From assembly GCF_009914755.1 (NCBI RefSeq), contig NC_060942.1: a stretch of 64,000 nucleotides of DNA; one strand, 5' to 3'. The DNA comes from the human T2T-CHM13v2.0 reference genome, Homo sapiens. Shown in pieces: positions 1-16,300 of the stretch (position 1 is its first letter; the number at the start of each line of letters is the position of its first letter). The notes beneath the pieces were generated by a model that was given only the letters and a program-made list of their open reading frames with translations, was not told the DNA's origin and ran no database searches. Position numbers and translations under genes: made by a program.

Positions 1-45
1 CTTACATCCTAATGAAGTTATGACTTTGAATTAAGTTTATATTTA

Positions 46-357
<312 letters not shown>

Positions 358-1159
358 ACAACACATTAGAATCTATTACTCTATGTTTATTATTGAGCTA
401 AGTAATGTTCTCTGATTACATTTCCTTTCTTATAGTTTGTTTTTCCTGGAGTTAATAATTGTCTTTTTTTATTCCAATCATTTTCTTAAACTTATGGTTT
501 TAAGACTTCCCACAACCTCCAACAGCTCTGTAAAATATCTTTCAATCAAAACTTACATACTGTCAACCTGTCAAGTCTTCTGTCAGTTCCATTTTCCCCT
601 TGAGTTTCCCCCACAGAGCTCCCTATTCTCTGGTCCACTCAGAACCAACTTTCCTGACTCCCTAGACCTACTTTACTCTTGTCACTCACACCTTCACCCT
701 TCTTCTCTCTCTGGAGCTAGATCCCAGGTTTACTGGATCACATCTGCTTTGTTGTACTTGCTAATTTTGATGAACTATCCTCCAAGAGCCTCCTGAGAGA
801 GTGTGTGGAGGTATATCAGGATAGAATGGTTTATGCTTCAGTAGCACACAACCTCAAGAATTTAGCAACTTTAATACTAAACGTTTATTTCTCACTCCAT
901 GACATAATCACTGGGGATTACCAGCTGGAAGCAATGTTCCACATCTCCTCACTACAGAATCTAAGCTACCCAAAGAGTCATTATCACAAGCATTGTAGCT
1001 CACTGAGACAGACTAAAGGAAACAGCATAGTGAAGCTTCCACCTGGAGGTATCCCACATCATTTCTGCTTATATTTGATATGGCCACACCAAATCAAAGA
1101 GGAAAAAGGAGAATGGAAAATACTTGTTGAATAGCACTAATGACTATTGCAGGAGATTA

Positions 1160-1501
<342 letters not shown>

Positions 1502-1529
1502 TTAATAATGTGTGGGAATAGAATTCAAG

Positions 1530-1900
1530 ATAAGAGACAATTTTCTCCCAGAATTTTGAAAAGAAAGTGTCCCATGTCCCTTAGCTTCCAATGTTGCTGT
1601 TGGGAAGCCTCATCATGCCAGGCTCTTTCCTGAGGCTTTGTATCTGACCTCTTCTGCCTGTTGTTGTTGTTCCCATATTTTTTCTCTTTCTCTCTCTGAT
1701 AGATTTTAGGATTACATTTTTATTTCTGCTGTTATGAAATTTCACAATGACATGCCTTGATATGGATTTTTTTCCCATTTATTGTGCTAGGTATTTTTAA
1801 TCTGACACTTATGTACTTCCTTTCTGGTCAATATTCATGTACTAGTTGATAAGTTCCTCCTTAGTGTTTTCTCTTTTGTCTCTCTCTAGAGTGGCGATTA
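1530..1900 (-). mobile_element. Old L1 (L1M) ORF1 fragment
   Basis: Minus-frame SRHVIVKF...VILKSIRE resembles L1 ORF1p PRHIIVKF..KILKAARE. Confidence 0.6.
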
Positions 1901-2752
1901 GATGTCAGGCTCCTGGAATAGTAATTTGTTTTATCTCTACTTTCCTATTGTTCTTTTTGGGGTTATTCCTTCTAGGACATTTGTCAAGCACTTTACATAT
2001 GCATATAGTTTAATTTTTATTTCCGTGAGCTTTTCCTTAACTGATTCTTCCTACCATGTTGCATTCCACACCCCTCTCTTTTCATTCTGGCTCCTCACCC
2101 TCTGCTGTGTCTTGGTATATGACCCTAAGACAATGTCATGGCTCTCTATAGTGTCCCTAGGGATTTGGGTACCTGGATGTTGGTTAAACTCCCCATTCAA
2201 CCCTGCCCCAGCCCCAGCTTTTCCTGGTTAGGATGAAGTTCCAGCCTAACTTCTCACGTCTCCTATTTTTCAACCTTTTAAGTTGTTCCACATTCAAGAA
2301 AATTGGAGTCAGAGGCACACTCAGCCAAAATTCACAATCACTGTTAAGGAGAACAGACAGAGGCAAAACAAAAAACAAAAACAAACCAAAGAAAAAAAAA
2401 CTCCTAATTCTTTAAAATGCACATTTCTTTTTTATTGCCTGTCTTGAAAAAATTTAATGTTCCTGACTGTAAATTGAATCATACAAGTATTTATTTAATA
2501 TCCAGCCCAGTTTTGTGTACTGAGGATACAGCAATAAAAAAAATACACAAAGTCCCTGCTCTTCATTCTAATGAGGAGAGACAGATAATAAGCAAAATGT
2601 AATGTGCAGGAGGTGACAAATATTAGACAAAAATAAAGAAGACTGTCGGGCCAGCAGTGCTGGCAACTGGAAATGGGAAATGCTGCATTTTTTAAGACAG
2701 TCTTTCTGATCCCTTCTCTGCTTAATTGTCAGCTGTATGTTGAGTCCCTCCC

Positions 2753-4104
2753 TACATTAGTTTGTTCTCACACTGATACAAAGAACTACTTTAGATTGGG
2801 TAATTTATGAAGAAAATAGGTTTAATTGACTCACAGTTCCACAGCTGTACAGGAACCATGGTTGGGAGGCCTCAGGAAACTTATGATCATGGCACAAGGC
2901 ACATCTTCATATGGCAGCAGGAGAGACAGAAAGCAAAGAGGGAAGTGCCATGCACTTTTAAACCATCAGATCTTGTAAGAACTCACTCACTATCATGGGA
3001 ACAGCAAGGGGGAAATCTGCCCCCATGATCCAATCACCTCCCACCAGGTCTCTCCCCCAACACTGGGAATAACAATTCACCATGAGGTTTGGGTAGGGAC
3101 ACAGAGCCAAGTCATGTCATTCCACACCAGCCCCTCCCAAATCTCATGTCCTTCTCACATTTCAAAACACAATCATGTCTTCCCAATAGTCCCCCAAAGT
3201 GTTAACTTAATCCAGCATTAACTCAAATGTCTGGGTCTGAAGTCTCATCTGAGACATGGCTCAAGTTCCTTTCACCTATGACCGTGTAAAATAAAAAAAA
3301 AAGTTAGTTACTTCCAACATACAACAGAGATACAGGCATCAGGTAAATGCTCCCATTCCAAGTGGGAGAAATTGGCCAAAACAAAGGGACTACAGGTCCC
3401 ATGAAAGTCCGAAACCCAGCAGGGCAGTCATTAAATCTTAAAGCTACAAAATGATCTCACCTTTATTCCAGTTCCCAACAAGTTCCACATCTCCATCTGA
3501 GACCACCTCAACCTGGACTTCATTGTCCATATCACTATCAGTATTTTCAGCAAAGCTGTTCAACAGGTCTCTAGGAAGTTCTGAATTTTCCCACCACTTT
3601 CTGTCTTCTTCTGAGCCCTCCAAACTGTTCCAACCTCTGTCCATTACCCAATTCCAAAGCTTCTTCTACATTTCAAAGTATCTTTATAGCAATGCCCCCA
3701 CTTCTTTGGTACCAATTTTCTGTATTAGTTCACTCTAACACTACTATAAGGAACTACCTAAGACTGGGTAACTTATAAAAAAAAGAGTTTGAATTGACTC
3801 ACAGTTCCACAGGCTATCCAGGAAGCACGGTTGGGAGGCCTCAGGAAACTCACAGTCATGGTGGAAGGGTGAAGGGGAAGCAAGCACATCTTCACATGGC
3901 AGCAGGAGAGAGAGTGTGTGAAGGAGAAAGTCCCACACACTTTTAAACCATCAGATCTTGTGAGATCTCCCTATCACAAGAACAACAAGGGAGAAATCAT
4001 CCCCCACAATCCAATCGCCCCACCCCCACCAGGTACCTCCCCCAACACTGGGAATTACAATTCAACATGAGATTTCGGTGGGAACACAGAGCCAAATCAT
4101 ATCA
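2753..4104 (-). mobile_element. MST/THE1-type MaLR element: LTR 2753-3120, shortened internal region 3121-3720, LTR 3721-4104
   Basis: Two similar direct LTRs (tgtattag...catatca) flanking MST-int-like sequence; TSD ctccc/ttccc. Confidence 0.88.
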
Positions 4105-4367
4105 TTCCCCAAAAGAAAGCACCTAAAGGTTCAACAAGTTGATTCATCCACCTCCAAATCCAGCATCTCTGAAAGATGAATAATTCCCCGATAGGCTTTG
4201 GCTAAAAAGGTCAGTGATTGAAGGCTGGAAAGTAAGTCAAGTACTTGAGCATGCCCAGCATGCTCATGTGAGGAGAACAGGATAATGACAATTCAAACTC
4301 CAGTTTGAGAAAGGGAGAATGGGAAACCACACGTGGTAGTCACTGGAATAGAAATAGCAGGAACTCC

Positions 4368-4720
4368 TGCTACGATTTGACTGTGCCTCCAAAATTCATG
4401 TGTTGGAAACTTAATCACCAATGTAGCAGTTATAGAAGATGAAGCTTTGAAGCTTTTTGAAAGGTGTTTAAGTCATGAGGACAGAGTCCTCATGAAAGGA
4501 TTAATGCTGCTATAAAAAGGGCTTGCAAGAGTAGGTTTGCTCTCTTCTGTTCTTCTGCCATGCAAGGACATAAAGTTCATCCCTTTTTGCCCTTCTGGTT
4601 TCTATTATGTGACGGTGCAGCAAGAAGGTCCTCACTAGATACCAAATGCCAGAAACTTGATCTTAGACTTCTCAGCCTCCAGAACTCCAGGTTTAACATT
4701 CTATTCTCTGTAAGCAACTT
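4368..4720 (+). mobile_element. MST-like MaLR solo LTR
   Basis: tgctacgatttga...ccaaaattcatgtgttggaaacttaatc head; ttgatcttagacttctcagcctccagaac. Confidence 0.75.
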
Positions 4721-5966
4721 AAAGATTGACCTAGGAATTATCTGCCAACTCTGTAATATTTTCTGGCAATAAAGTTTCCTTTAAATTTAATAGGCTTCAG
4801 GGGCCAAAGCACACACTTCCCAGAGTCTGAGAGCCACCTCCCTGGGACCACTCCCACTGACAGCAACCCCAACCCCCAACCCCAGCATCAGGGCTGCAGT
4901 GTGTGTGCACATATGCTGAAGACAGACTCTCCCAGTCCACCATCATGGCTGCCACCACCACCTGAATGTGCTACTAGGGAGCCTGGGGATTGCCCCACCC
5001 TGCCCACCACAGCCTGTGCCCATGCACCCCACTAGAAGGCCAGATGACAGGCCTAGGTGGCCTAGCACCAGCCACCCCCCACCTTTTGCCCAATCATGAT
5101 GCCCAGAAGCCTGAGGATCATCATATCCCACCCCCCACTGCTGGCATCTATGCACTTCTCCCAGGGGCCAGAAGACAGGCCCACCCAGCCTGTTGCTACC
5201 ATCACCACCAGCGCCCACCCATATGCACCACATGGGAACCTGGGGACTGGCGTGCACAGCCCATCACAGCCACTGCTAACAACAGCACATGCTGGTTTGG
5301 AGCCCAAAGGTTGTCCCACGAACACTACTGCCATTGCTCATCCCACACATCCTATCCAGAGGACTAAGGAATAACCTACTTGCCCAGCCCACCACTGCCA
5401 TAGCCAGCACCTGAACAATCCACCTGGAGGCCTAAGAATCAGCCCACCTGGACCTGCTAACACCAATGTTAGCAGTGTTAACACTATGTATACCTCCCAG
5501 GGGCCCAAAGACAGGCAACCTCAGCCGGCCACTATGACCACTGGGACCTGAGAACTGGCCACCATCCCTGTCCCCAGCAAAACCTCACCATACCTTCCAC
5601 TAAAAACTGCAACCTAAGCCACTGAGGAAATAACAGACACTACTGATGCTGTTTACAGCTGAAGAAATTGTACAGAGACAACACTACTATGCACACCCAG
5701 AATCAAAGCTAAAATGCCCTCCTGACCAACACCATAGATACAGCTTTAGGAAAATGTATTCCCCTATGAAAGCCAATCCAAAAAATTGGAAGAAGAGACT
5801 GTTACACCAGATGCACAGGTACTGTAATAAGAGAAATCGAAAAGCAAGGAAATATGACACCTCCAAAGTACCACAATAATTCTCCAGCAACAGATTCCAA
5901 TGAAAAAGAAATGTATGAAATGCTGGGAAAATAATTCAAAGTAATGATATTAAAGAAGCTCAGTGA

Positions 5967-6278
<312 letters not shown>

Positions 6279-7587
6279 TCAGTGAGATATACAAGAACAC
6301 AGATAAATGATACAAAGAAATCAGAAAATTCAGGATATGAATGAAAATTTACCAAAATGATAGATATTATAAAAAAGAATCAAAAAGAAATCCTAGAACT
6401 AAAGAATTCAAAGATAAAAACTAAAATACATTTGGAACTTCTGATATATACTAGATTAAGCAGAAGAAAGAATTTCAGAACTTGAAGACAGTTCTTTTTA
6501 AATAACCCAGACAAGAAAAAGAGAATAAAGAGTAAAAAAGAATAAACAAAGCCTACATGACATATAGTACACCATAAAGTGACCAAATAGTCAAATTATT
6601 GAGGTTCCAGAAGGCAAAGAGAGAACAAAGGAATTAGAAAACCTATTCAACAAAATAACAGATGAAAAATCCCCAAGTCTAGCAAGAAAGTTAGGCATAC
6701 AGATATATGAATCTCAGAGATTCCCAAATAAACACAATCCATGGCACATCATAGTCAAACACAAAATTCAAAGACAAAGAGAGAATTTCAAAAACAGTAG
6801 GAGAAAAATGTCTAGTCACTTATAAGGGAATCTTCATTAAACTAACAGTGAATTTCTCAGCAGAAATCTTGCAGGCCAGAAAAAATTGAGATGATATATT
6901 CAAAGTGCTGAAGAAAAAAAAAAACTGTCAGCCAAGAATCCTATACCCAGTAAAGTTATCCTTAAAAATGAAGGAGAAATAAAGTGTTCCCCAGACAAGC
7001 AAAAACTGAGGGAATTTATCACCACTTGAGCAGTCCTACAAGAAATACTTAAGGGAGTTCTATACCTGGAAATGAAAGGATGATTCACTTCCAAATGTAG
7101 GACTCCCTTAAGCATTTCTTGTAGTCTACCATTATGAAAACACATGAAAGTATAAAACTCACTGGTAAAGCAAACACACAAATAAAGAGGAGAAAGAACT
7201 CTAATGTTACCACTACTGAAAACCACAAACTGCAATAATAAACAATAAGAGAGAAAGAAGGGAACAAATGATATACAGAACAAGCAGAAAACAACAAAAT
7301 GTCAGGAATTAAGTTCTCACATGTCAATAATAACATTGAATGTAAACAGATTAAATTTTCCACTTAAAAGATGCAGACTGGCTGAATGGATGAAAAACCA
7401 TAACCCAACTATATGCTGCTTTCAAGAAACTCACTTTACCTGTAGACATATAGACTAAAAATAAAGCAATGGAATAAAGATATTTCATGCAAATGGAAAC
7501 AAAAAGCAAGCAGTAGTATCTATACTTATGTCATATAAAACAGACTTTAAGTTTAAATGGTAAAAAGAGACAAAGAAGGTCACTATG

Positions 7588-8033
7588 TGTGATGGTTAAT
7601 ATAGAGCGTCAACTTGATAGGACTAAAGGATGCACAGTTTTGTTCCTGGGTATTTCTGTGAGGGTGTTGCCAAAGGAGATTAACCTTTGAGTCAGTGGAC
7701 TGGGAAAGGCAGACCCACCCTCAATCTGCACAATCTAATCAGCTGTCAGCACAGCCAGAATAAAAGCAGGCAGAAGAACATGGAAAGACTAGATTAGATC
7801 AGTCTTCCAGCCTACATCTTTCTCCCATGCTGGATGCTTCCTGCCCTTGAACATCAGACTCCAAGTTCTTCAGCTCTGAGACTCAGACTGGTTTCCTTGC
7901 TCTTCTGCTTGCAGAAGGCCTATTGTGGAACCTCACCTTGTGATCGTGTGAGTCAATACTCCTTAATAAACTCCTCTCTATACATACATCTATCCTATTA
8001 GTTCTGTCCCTCTAGAGAACCCTGACTAATACA
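7588..8033 (+). mobile_element. MLT2A-like (ERVL) solo LTR nested in L1
   Basis: tgtgatggttaat...gaaccctgactaataca; 5-bp TSD ctatg. Confidence 0.88.
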
Positions 8034-8765
8034 CTATGTAATGTTAAAGGGATTAATTCAGCAAAAGGCTACAACAATTTTACATAAATATACACTCAAC
8101 ACTAGAGCACCCTGATATATAAAGCAAATATTATTAGACTGAAAGGGAGAGATAGACTCCAATACACAATAGTTGGGAGCTTCAACACTCCACTCTCAGC
8201 ATTACACAGATCAGGTAGACTGAAAATTAACAAAGAAACATTGGATTTAAACTGCATTTCAGACAAAATGGGCCTAAGAGACATTTACAGAACACTTAAT
8301 CCAACAGTTGCAGAATACACGTTTTTCTTGTCAGCACATGGAACACACATTAGGATAGGCCATATTTTAGACCACAAAAAAATTCTCAACAAATTTAGAA
8401 ATCAAAATCATATCAAACATCTTCTCAGACCACAATGGAATAAAACTAGAACTCAATAACAAGAGGAACTTTGGAAACTGTAAAAATACATGGAGATTAA
8501 ACAGCATGTTCCTGAGCGACTTTGGGTCAATGAAGAAATTAAGAAGAAAATAAAAAGACTTTTTGAAACTAATGAAAAAGGAAACACAACATACCAAAAC
8601 CTATGGGTACAGCAAAAACAGTGCTAAGAGGGAAGTTTATAGCAATAAATTCCTACATCAAAAATGCAGAAAGATTTCAAATAGTCTAATGACACACCTC
8701 AAGGAACTAGAAAAGCAAGAACAAACCAAACCCTAAATTAAGAGAAGAAAAAAAAGTAAAAATCA

Positions 8766-9147
<382 letters not shown>

Positions 9148-9677
9148 CAAAATGAAAATTTGTTTTTTGAAAAGATAAATAAAATTGATAAACTGCTAGC
9201 TAGGCTAATCAAGAAAAAGATTTAAAAAACCCAATAAACAAATCAGAAATAAGAAATGAGATATTACAGTTGACACCACAGAAATACAAAAGATCATCAG
9301 AGACTACTACGAACAACTATACATTAACACACTGGAAAGCCTAGAGGAAATAGATAAATTCCTGGACATACACAACCTGCCAAGATTGTATCAGGAAGAA
9401 ACAGAAAATCTGAACAGACCATAATGAGTAACAAGATTCAATCAGTAATAAAAAGTCTCCCAACAAAGAAAAGCCCAGAACCAGATGTCTTCACTGCCAA
9501 AATCTACCAAACTTATAAAGAACTAACATCATTTCTTCTCAAATTCTTTCAAAAAAAATTTAAGAGGAGGGAATTCTCCCTAACTAATTCTATGAGGCCA
9601 GCATTACCCTTTCAATAAAACCAGACAAGGATTCAAGGAAAAGAAGAAAACTACAAGACAATATCCCTGATAAATAT

Positions 9678-10242
9678 TGTATTGGTAAGGGTTCTCCAGA
9701 GGTACAGAACTAATAGGATATATGTATAAATGAAATGGAGTTTATTAAGAAGAATTGACTCATACAATCACAAAGTGAAGTCCCATGATAGGCCATCGGC
9801 AAGCTGAGGAGCAAGGAAGCCAGTAATGGCTCAGTCCAAGTCCCAAAGCCTCAAAAGTAGGAAAGCCAACAGTGCAGCCTTCAGTCTGTGGTTGAAGGCC
9901 TGAGAGCCCCTGGCAGAACCACTGGTGTAAGTCCAAGAGTCCAAAGGCCAAAGAACCTGTTCAAGGGCAGGATGTTCAAGGGCAGGAAACATCTAGCACA
10001 GGAAAAAGATTAAAACTGGAAGGCTCAGCAACCCAGCTTATTCCATCTTCTTCCACCTGCTTTTTCTAGCCACTCTGGAAACCGACTGGATGGTGCCCAC
10101 CCACATTGAGAGTGGGTCTTCCTCTCCCAGTCCACTGACTCAAATGTTAATCTTCTCTGGCAGCACCCTTACAGACACACCCAGAAACAATACTTTACAT
10201 CGTTCAATCCAATCAAGTTGACACTTAATATTAACCATTACA
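9678..10242 (-). mobile_element. MLT2B-like (ERVL) solo LTR nested in L1
   Basis: tgtattggtaagggttctc...ttaaccattaca; 5-bp TSD aatat. Confidence 0.86.
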
Positions 10243-13034
10243 AATATCGATGCAAAATTTCTGAACAAAATCCAAATCAAACCAAATCCAACAGCATATC
10301 AAAAAGATAATACACCATTATCAAGGGGGATTTGTTCCAGGGATACAAGGATGGTTCAACATACACAAATCAATAAATGCAATACATCATATCAACAGAA
10401 TGAAGGACAAAAACCATATGATCATGTCAATTGAGGTAGAAAAAGCATTTGATAAAGTTCAACATCCCTTCATGATAAAAACTCTCAACAAACTAGGGGT
10501 AGGAGAAAAAAAAACCCTCAATGTAATAAAGACCATGTATGACAAAACCACAGCTAACACCATGGAGGAAAGTTGAAAGCCTTTCCTCTGAGAAATGGAA
10601 CAAAATAAGTATGCCCACTTTTATCACTCCTATTTGACAGAGTACTGGAAGTCTTAGCCAGAGCAATCAGGCAAGAGAAAGAAATAAAAGGCATTCAAAT
10701 TGAAAAAGGGGAAGTCAAATTGTCCCTCTTTGGAAATGACATGATCTTATATTTAGAAAAACCTAAAGACTCCAGCACAATACTCTTTAGGTATGATAAA
10801 TTCAGTAAGGTTGCAGGATATAAAATCAACATGCAAAAATATATACACCAATAATGAACTAGCTGAAAAAAAATCAAGAAGGCAATCTCACTTATAATTG
10901 CTACCAAAAAAAAAAACCTATGAATAAATTTAACCAAGGAAGTGAAAGGGTTCTACAAGGACAACTACAAAACACTGATGAAATAAATTGAAGAGGACAC
11001 AAATAGAAATACATCCCATGCTTGTGAATCAGGAGAACTAATATTATTAAAATGGCCATATTGCCCAAAGCAATCTAAAGACTCAATCAATCTCTATCAA
11101 GATACCAAGGATATTTTTCACAGAAATAGAAAAAACAATCCTAATACTTGTATGACACCAAAAAAGAGCCCAAATAGCTAAGGAAATCCTGATTAAAAAG
11201 AAAAAAGCTGGAGGCATCACACTAGCTAACTTCAAAATATATTACAAGGCTATTATAACCAAAACTGTACGATAGTGGTATAAAAACAGACACATACACC
11301 AATGGAGCACAATACAGAGCCCAGAAATAACTATACTTACCTACAGCCAACCAATTTTTGACAAAGGCATCAATAATATACATGGGGGAAAGGACACCCT
11401 CTTCAACAAATGGTGCTGGGAAAACTGGATATCCATATGCCAAATAATGAAACTAGACGCCTATCTCTCACCATATACAATAAGCAACTCAAGATAGATT
11501 AAAGACTTAAACATAAGACCCAAAGCTATAACACTACTAGAAGAAAAGATAGGGAAAACACTTCAGAACATTAATCTTGGAAAAGATTTTAAGGCTAAGG
11601 CCTCAAAAGCACAGACAACAAAAGCAAAAGTAGACAAATGGGACTCTATTAAACTAAAAAGCTTCTGCACAGCAAAGGAAACAATCAACAGAGTGAAGAG
11701 ACAACCTGTAGAATAAAAGAAAATATTTTCAAACTATTCATCTGACAAGGAACTAAAATCCAGAATATACAAGGAATTAAAACAACTCAACAGTAAAACA
11801 AACAGACAATTCCATTAAAAAGTGGACAAAGGACATAAGTAGATATTTATCAAAAGAAGACACACAAATGGCCAACAGGCATATGAATAGATGCACAACA
11901 TCACTATCATCAGGGAAATGCAAATCAAAACCAGAATGAGATATTACCCCAGCTAAAATGGCTATCATAAAAAAAAAACACACAAAAAATAACAGGTGCT
12001 GGCAAGGATGTGGAGAAAAGGAAACCATAGGTGGGAATGTAAATTAGTAGTCATCATGGAAAAAAATATGAAGAGTTCTCAAAAAACTAGAAACAGAACT
12101 ACCATACAATCCAGTGATCCCACTACTGGGTATTTATCCAAAGGGAAGGAAATCAGTACATCAAAGGAATACCTGCATCCCCATGTTTATTGACACACTA
12201 TTCACAATACCAAAGATATAGAATCAACCTAACTGTCTATCAATGGATGAATGAATAAAGAAAATATAGTATATATTCACAATGGAATGCTATTCAGCCA
12301 TAAAAGGAACTAAATTCTGTCATTTGCAGTGATAAATGGACGAAACTGGAGGTCATATATTAAGTGAAATAACCCGGGCACAGAAAGACAAATATTGCAT
12401 GTTCTCACTCATATGCAAGAGTTAAACAAGTTGATTTCATGGAGGTAGAGAGTAGAATGATACACATCAGAGGCTGAGAAGGGTATCTGTGTGCATATGG
12501 GTGGTAGTGTAAGGGAGGATGGAAAGCGGTTGGTCGATGGGTACAAACATACAGTAAGATTGAAGGAACAAGTTGTAATGCTTAATAGCAGAGTAGGGTG
12601 ACTATAGTTAACAAAAACGTACTGTATATTTCAAAACAGCTAGCAGAGAGGACTTGAAATATCCCCAATACACAGAAATGATAAATACTCGAGGTGATGG
12701 ATATCTGAAATACCCTCACTTGATCATTACACATTCCTATGCAAAAATATCACATGTACCCCATAAATATGTACAAATATTATGTATCAATAAAAAAGGA
12801 ATAGGCTTTGAAACTATTCCTACTCAATCTGATGTACCAGTAACTCAAACCCAGAATTCCTTAGTAGTTTTAATCTTGTGATCTAGCACTAGTCCTGGTA
12901 ATTTGTTTTCTAGCAGTTTACCTTAGCCTTGGTGTTCTGTCCACCTCGGTAGCCCTCAGTTTCATGGCATTCCACTTTTGAATAATGCATACTTGTAAGC
13001 TGGGGTGACCAGGCTAGGAAATGATGATTCTTAC

Positions 13035-13369
13035 CGAGACAGCCAGATGTGAGCGGGTCCCTGGAGAAACTCCCACCAGCCTGCCCACTGAGGTAGAGCC
13101 TCAGGAAGTTCACGCCCTTTGCATCGGGGAGGGGCCTGGCCCCTCCTCTTCCTGTGTGGAACTTGGGATTCAAACGGCCTGACAGGAGGCGCTTTAGTGG
13201 AGGGACTCTGGCCTTGCAAGAGTCCCTGTTTCCCCACTTCTTCCCTTTTTACCTAATAAAACCCTGTTTTACTCACCCTTTAAGCCATCTACGAGCCTGA
13301 ATTTTCGTGGCCATGGGATGGACAAGAACTTCCCCCGTCTTTAGCTGAACTAAGGAGAATCCTGCAACA
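13035..13369 (+). mobile_element. ERV1 5' LTR (MER61-like)
   Basis: (t/c)gagacagccag...aataaa...cctgcaaca, followed by a PBS. Confidence 0.75.
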
Positions 13370-16300
13370 TTTTTGGTGTGCAACGTGTGGGCTCGAGAAG
13401 CAGTGACTGAAGTGGGGACTCAAAACCTCTCACTCTTGCTTTTACGCCTTTTCATCCTCGGACTTCTGAGGGTGGGGGAAACCATGCCTCCACCCCTACC
13501 GCCCCCCACCCCCATCGCTCCTGGACTTTTTCACTGCCTTTTCCTTCCTTTTTCAGGACCCACCAGGGAGCTCACCATGGCTCCCCTCTCCCTGCCGGGG
13601 CTGGGATGCATGGCCCAAGCGTCCCGCACAGCTGGCTGTCTGGTTCCCAGCAACATGCATCCTTCCCCTTCCCTGGCCAAGGGCTTTAACAATATCGGAC
13701 AGTGATTAAGCTTAAACTTGTCTCCTGGCGGGGCGCGGTGGCTCATGCCTGTAATTCCAGCACTTTGGGAGGCTGGGGCTGGCGGATCACGAGGTCAGGC
13801 GATGGAGACCATCCTGGCTAACACGGTGAAACCCTGTCTCTACTAAAAATACAAAAAAAAATTAGCCGGGCGTGGGGGCAGGCACCTGTAATCCCAGCTA
13901 CTCAGGAGGCTGAGGCAGGAGAATACCGGGAGGCAGAGCTTGCAGTGAGCCGAGATCGCGCCACTGCACTCCAGCCTGGGCAACAGAGAGAGACTCCGTC
14001 TCAAAAAACAAAAACAAAACAGAACAAAAAAATCTTGTCTCCCTGGTGGAGGAACCACTTGCATAAGAATAAGACGTTCTTCCCCAGGCATTAAACTTTT
14101 TCTTTTCTTTCCCCTTCTCTACCCAGTCAGCAAGTTAACTTTAAAAAATGTTTTTTCTTTTAGAAGATGTTTTACTAGGCTAGGCAACCCCCCCAGCCCC
14201 CCACCGCTCCCCCAACTATCACTGTATTATCTGCAAAGTTTTGGCTGTGAAATCAAGCCTCCATCTTGTTTTCTATCCTGAGGGCATAGCTGGTAGCCAC
14301 TTGGCAGCTTTGTTTAGCAGTCCTGCCTGAGGGGATGAGCCCTCTCGGGTTCGATAGCTGCATGTTTTCCTATCCCTGTCTCTTAAAGGCCCCCAGCCAG
14401 TGACTGGGTTCTCTTATGAATGTGTGTACTGTGTATGATGTCTGTAAAAAGAGCTCTAATTAATTTGGCATAAAGAAGCGCAAACCCTTGGATCAACTAC
14501 TTTTCTTAAGGCAAGGTAAAGGCTGTAGTACCTTTCAGTTCAGGTGACTTTAACCTTCAAGAAAAAAAAACAGCCCTAAAGACTATTGGTAAAATGCAGG
14601 TCAGAGGCAAGGTTTGTTAAGTATTTTGAGGTTACAAACTGCTTTCTGGGTTTTGAGAACTATTTGACTTGCCAGCTTCACAACTGGCAAGGCCTAGGGA
14701 CATGTGGAAGTAACCACCCTTTAACTAAGAAGGCAGACCTTGGCTGCAGTTAGCACACAATTAAAGCAACTTACCAAGTTTTACCTTAAAGTTAAAAATT
14801 AGGAGGGATTACCATTATAACATGTAATTGTGGACTACTGGAAATAGATTTAGAATCAAGGGGTATAAAAACAATAAAATGTGGTTTTTGTTTTGTTTTG
14901 TTTTTTGGAAAAGGTTATGAGAAGGCATGGAAATGTAAACTGTGGTCTAGGGTTAAAGGATTGTTTTGAGTTAGATAGGAAAAGCTGAAGGTTCAAAGAA
15001 GTGGTGAAAGAATTGTGGAAATTAATCTTGGAGAAGAGGTTCTCTGTGTGAAAATATTGACTAAATTCAAAAAAGGGTATTATATGGTTTTTCTGTAAGT
15101 TGAGCATTGAAATAAAAGCATAACAAAGTTTTCCTAAGGCGCTAATCTGCTCTTTGGCAAAATAAATAACTTATGGTAATCTGGAATTCTATTTCGTAAT
15201 ATCAAGTGTTTTAAACCTCAAACAATTAACAGCCTTCCCAAAATCAAACTTCAGTTTCAAAATTGTCTTCCATGGCACCTAGCTTTTCAGATACTTCAGA
15301 GGGTGCCTGAAGTGTCCAGAAAAGAGAGGTAAACAGGATTGTTTGACATGTTTAGGTACATGGGATTGCCAAAATAATGCTCAATCTTCTTTAGTTTATA
15401 TATTGGGGAATAATGCTAATATGTGTTCCAAAATTGTATGAGATTGCTGAAATTCTAATGTCTGAGTATATGCTATCAATTATAACTAAGATTGTTATGT
15501 TACGTTGTTGTAAACCACAGAAGATAACCACACTTCTTTGTCATTTGTGTTTCTAACTGTAACTATCCTGGACATTTTGCTATTCACAGACAGTTGTTGT
15601 CTTGTTTTAATCCTTTCAAAACGTAGTTCATAATAAGCTGTAGGACTTTGACAGGTGCACTCAAATACAGGCTTCTGATAATTGGATATTGTGACTTTGG
15701 AATACAGGAAAATGTACAGGACTCATGAGCTGAAATGCTCACAAATATCTAGCAAAACAAGAGTTAACTAAATGGACTGAACTCAGGAAGCTGAAGCAAC
15801 CTTTTTGACTTTTGCTTGGAATATTGCTGATCCTTGTTTTGTTTTTCAGAGTCAAGGAAACTTATTTTGAGCTATTTACAGCCTTTAATAATTAAGCATT
15901 TTGATCCTATGATCAAAATTTGGAGGATGTTTGTTTCTCTCTGCCTGGTTCCTCCAGAACTTAGAAACTATCTTTGAGTATTCTTAACCTATGGAAATAT
16001 AGGTGTTTGCATCAGTTCAATAAGAATTTGTTTTTCTTTTGCAACAGGACAGAATTGGAGAAAATGGTTATTTTACTAAGGCTTTGACTGGAAGGGTATG
16101 CTTCCCTTTAAGGAGTTAAGCTCGAATTGCAGAGCCAATAAAAGCCCCATGGGGAAACTGGCCTCATACCCTCATCTTCACAGTCCCTGTACAGGGTTCC
16201 TGACCTGTGGCCAGTAAAGAATGTCACTTTCTAACAGGTCTAGGAGCTCCAAGTTTATCTTGGGACCTTAAGAGGAGAGGATCACCCAACTCACAGGTAT

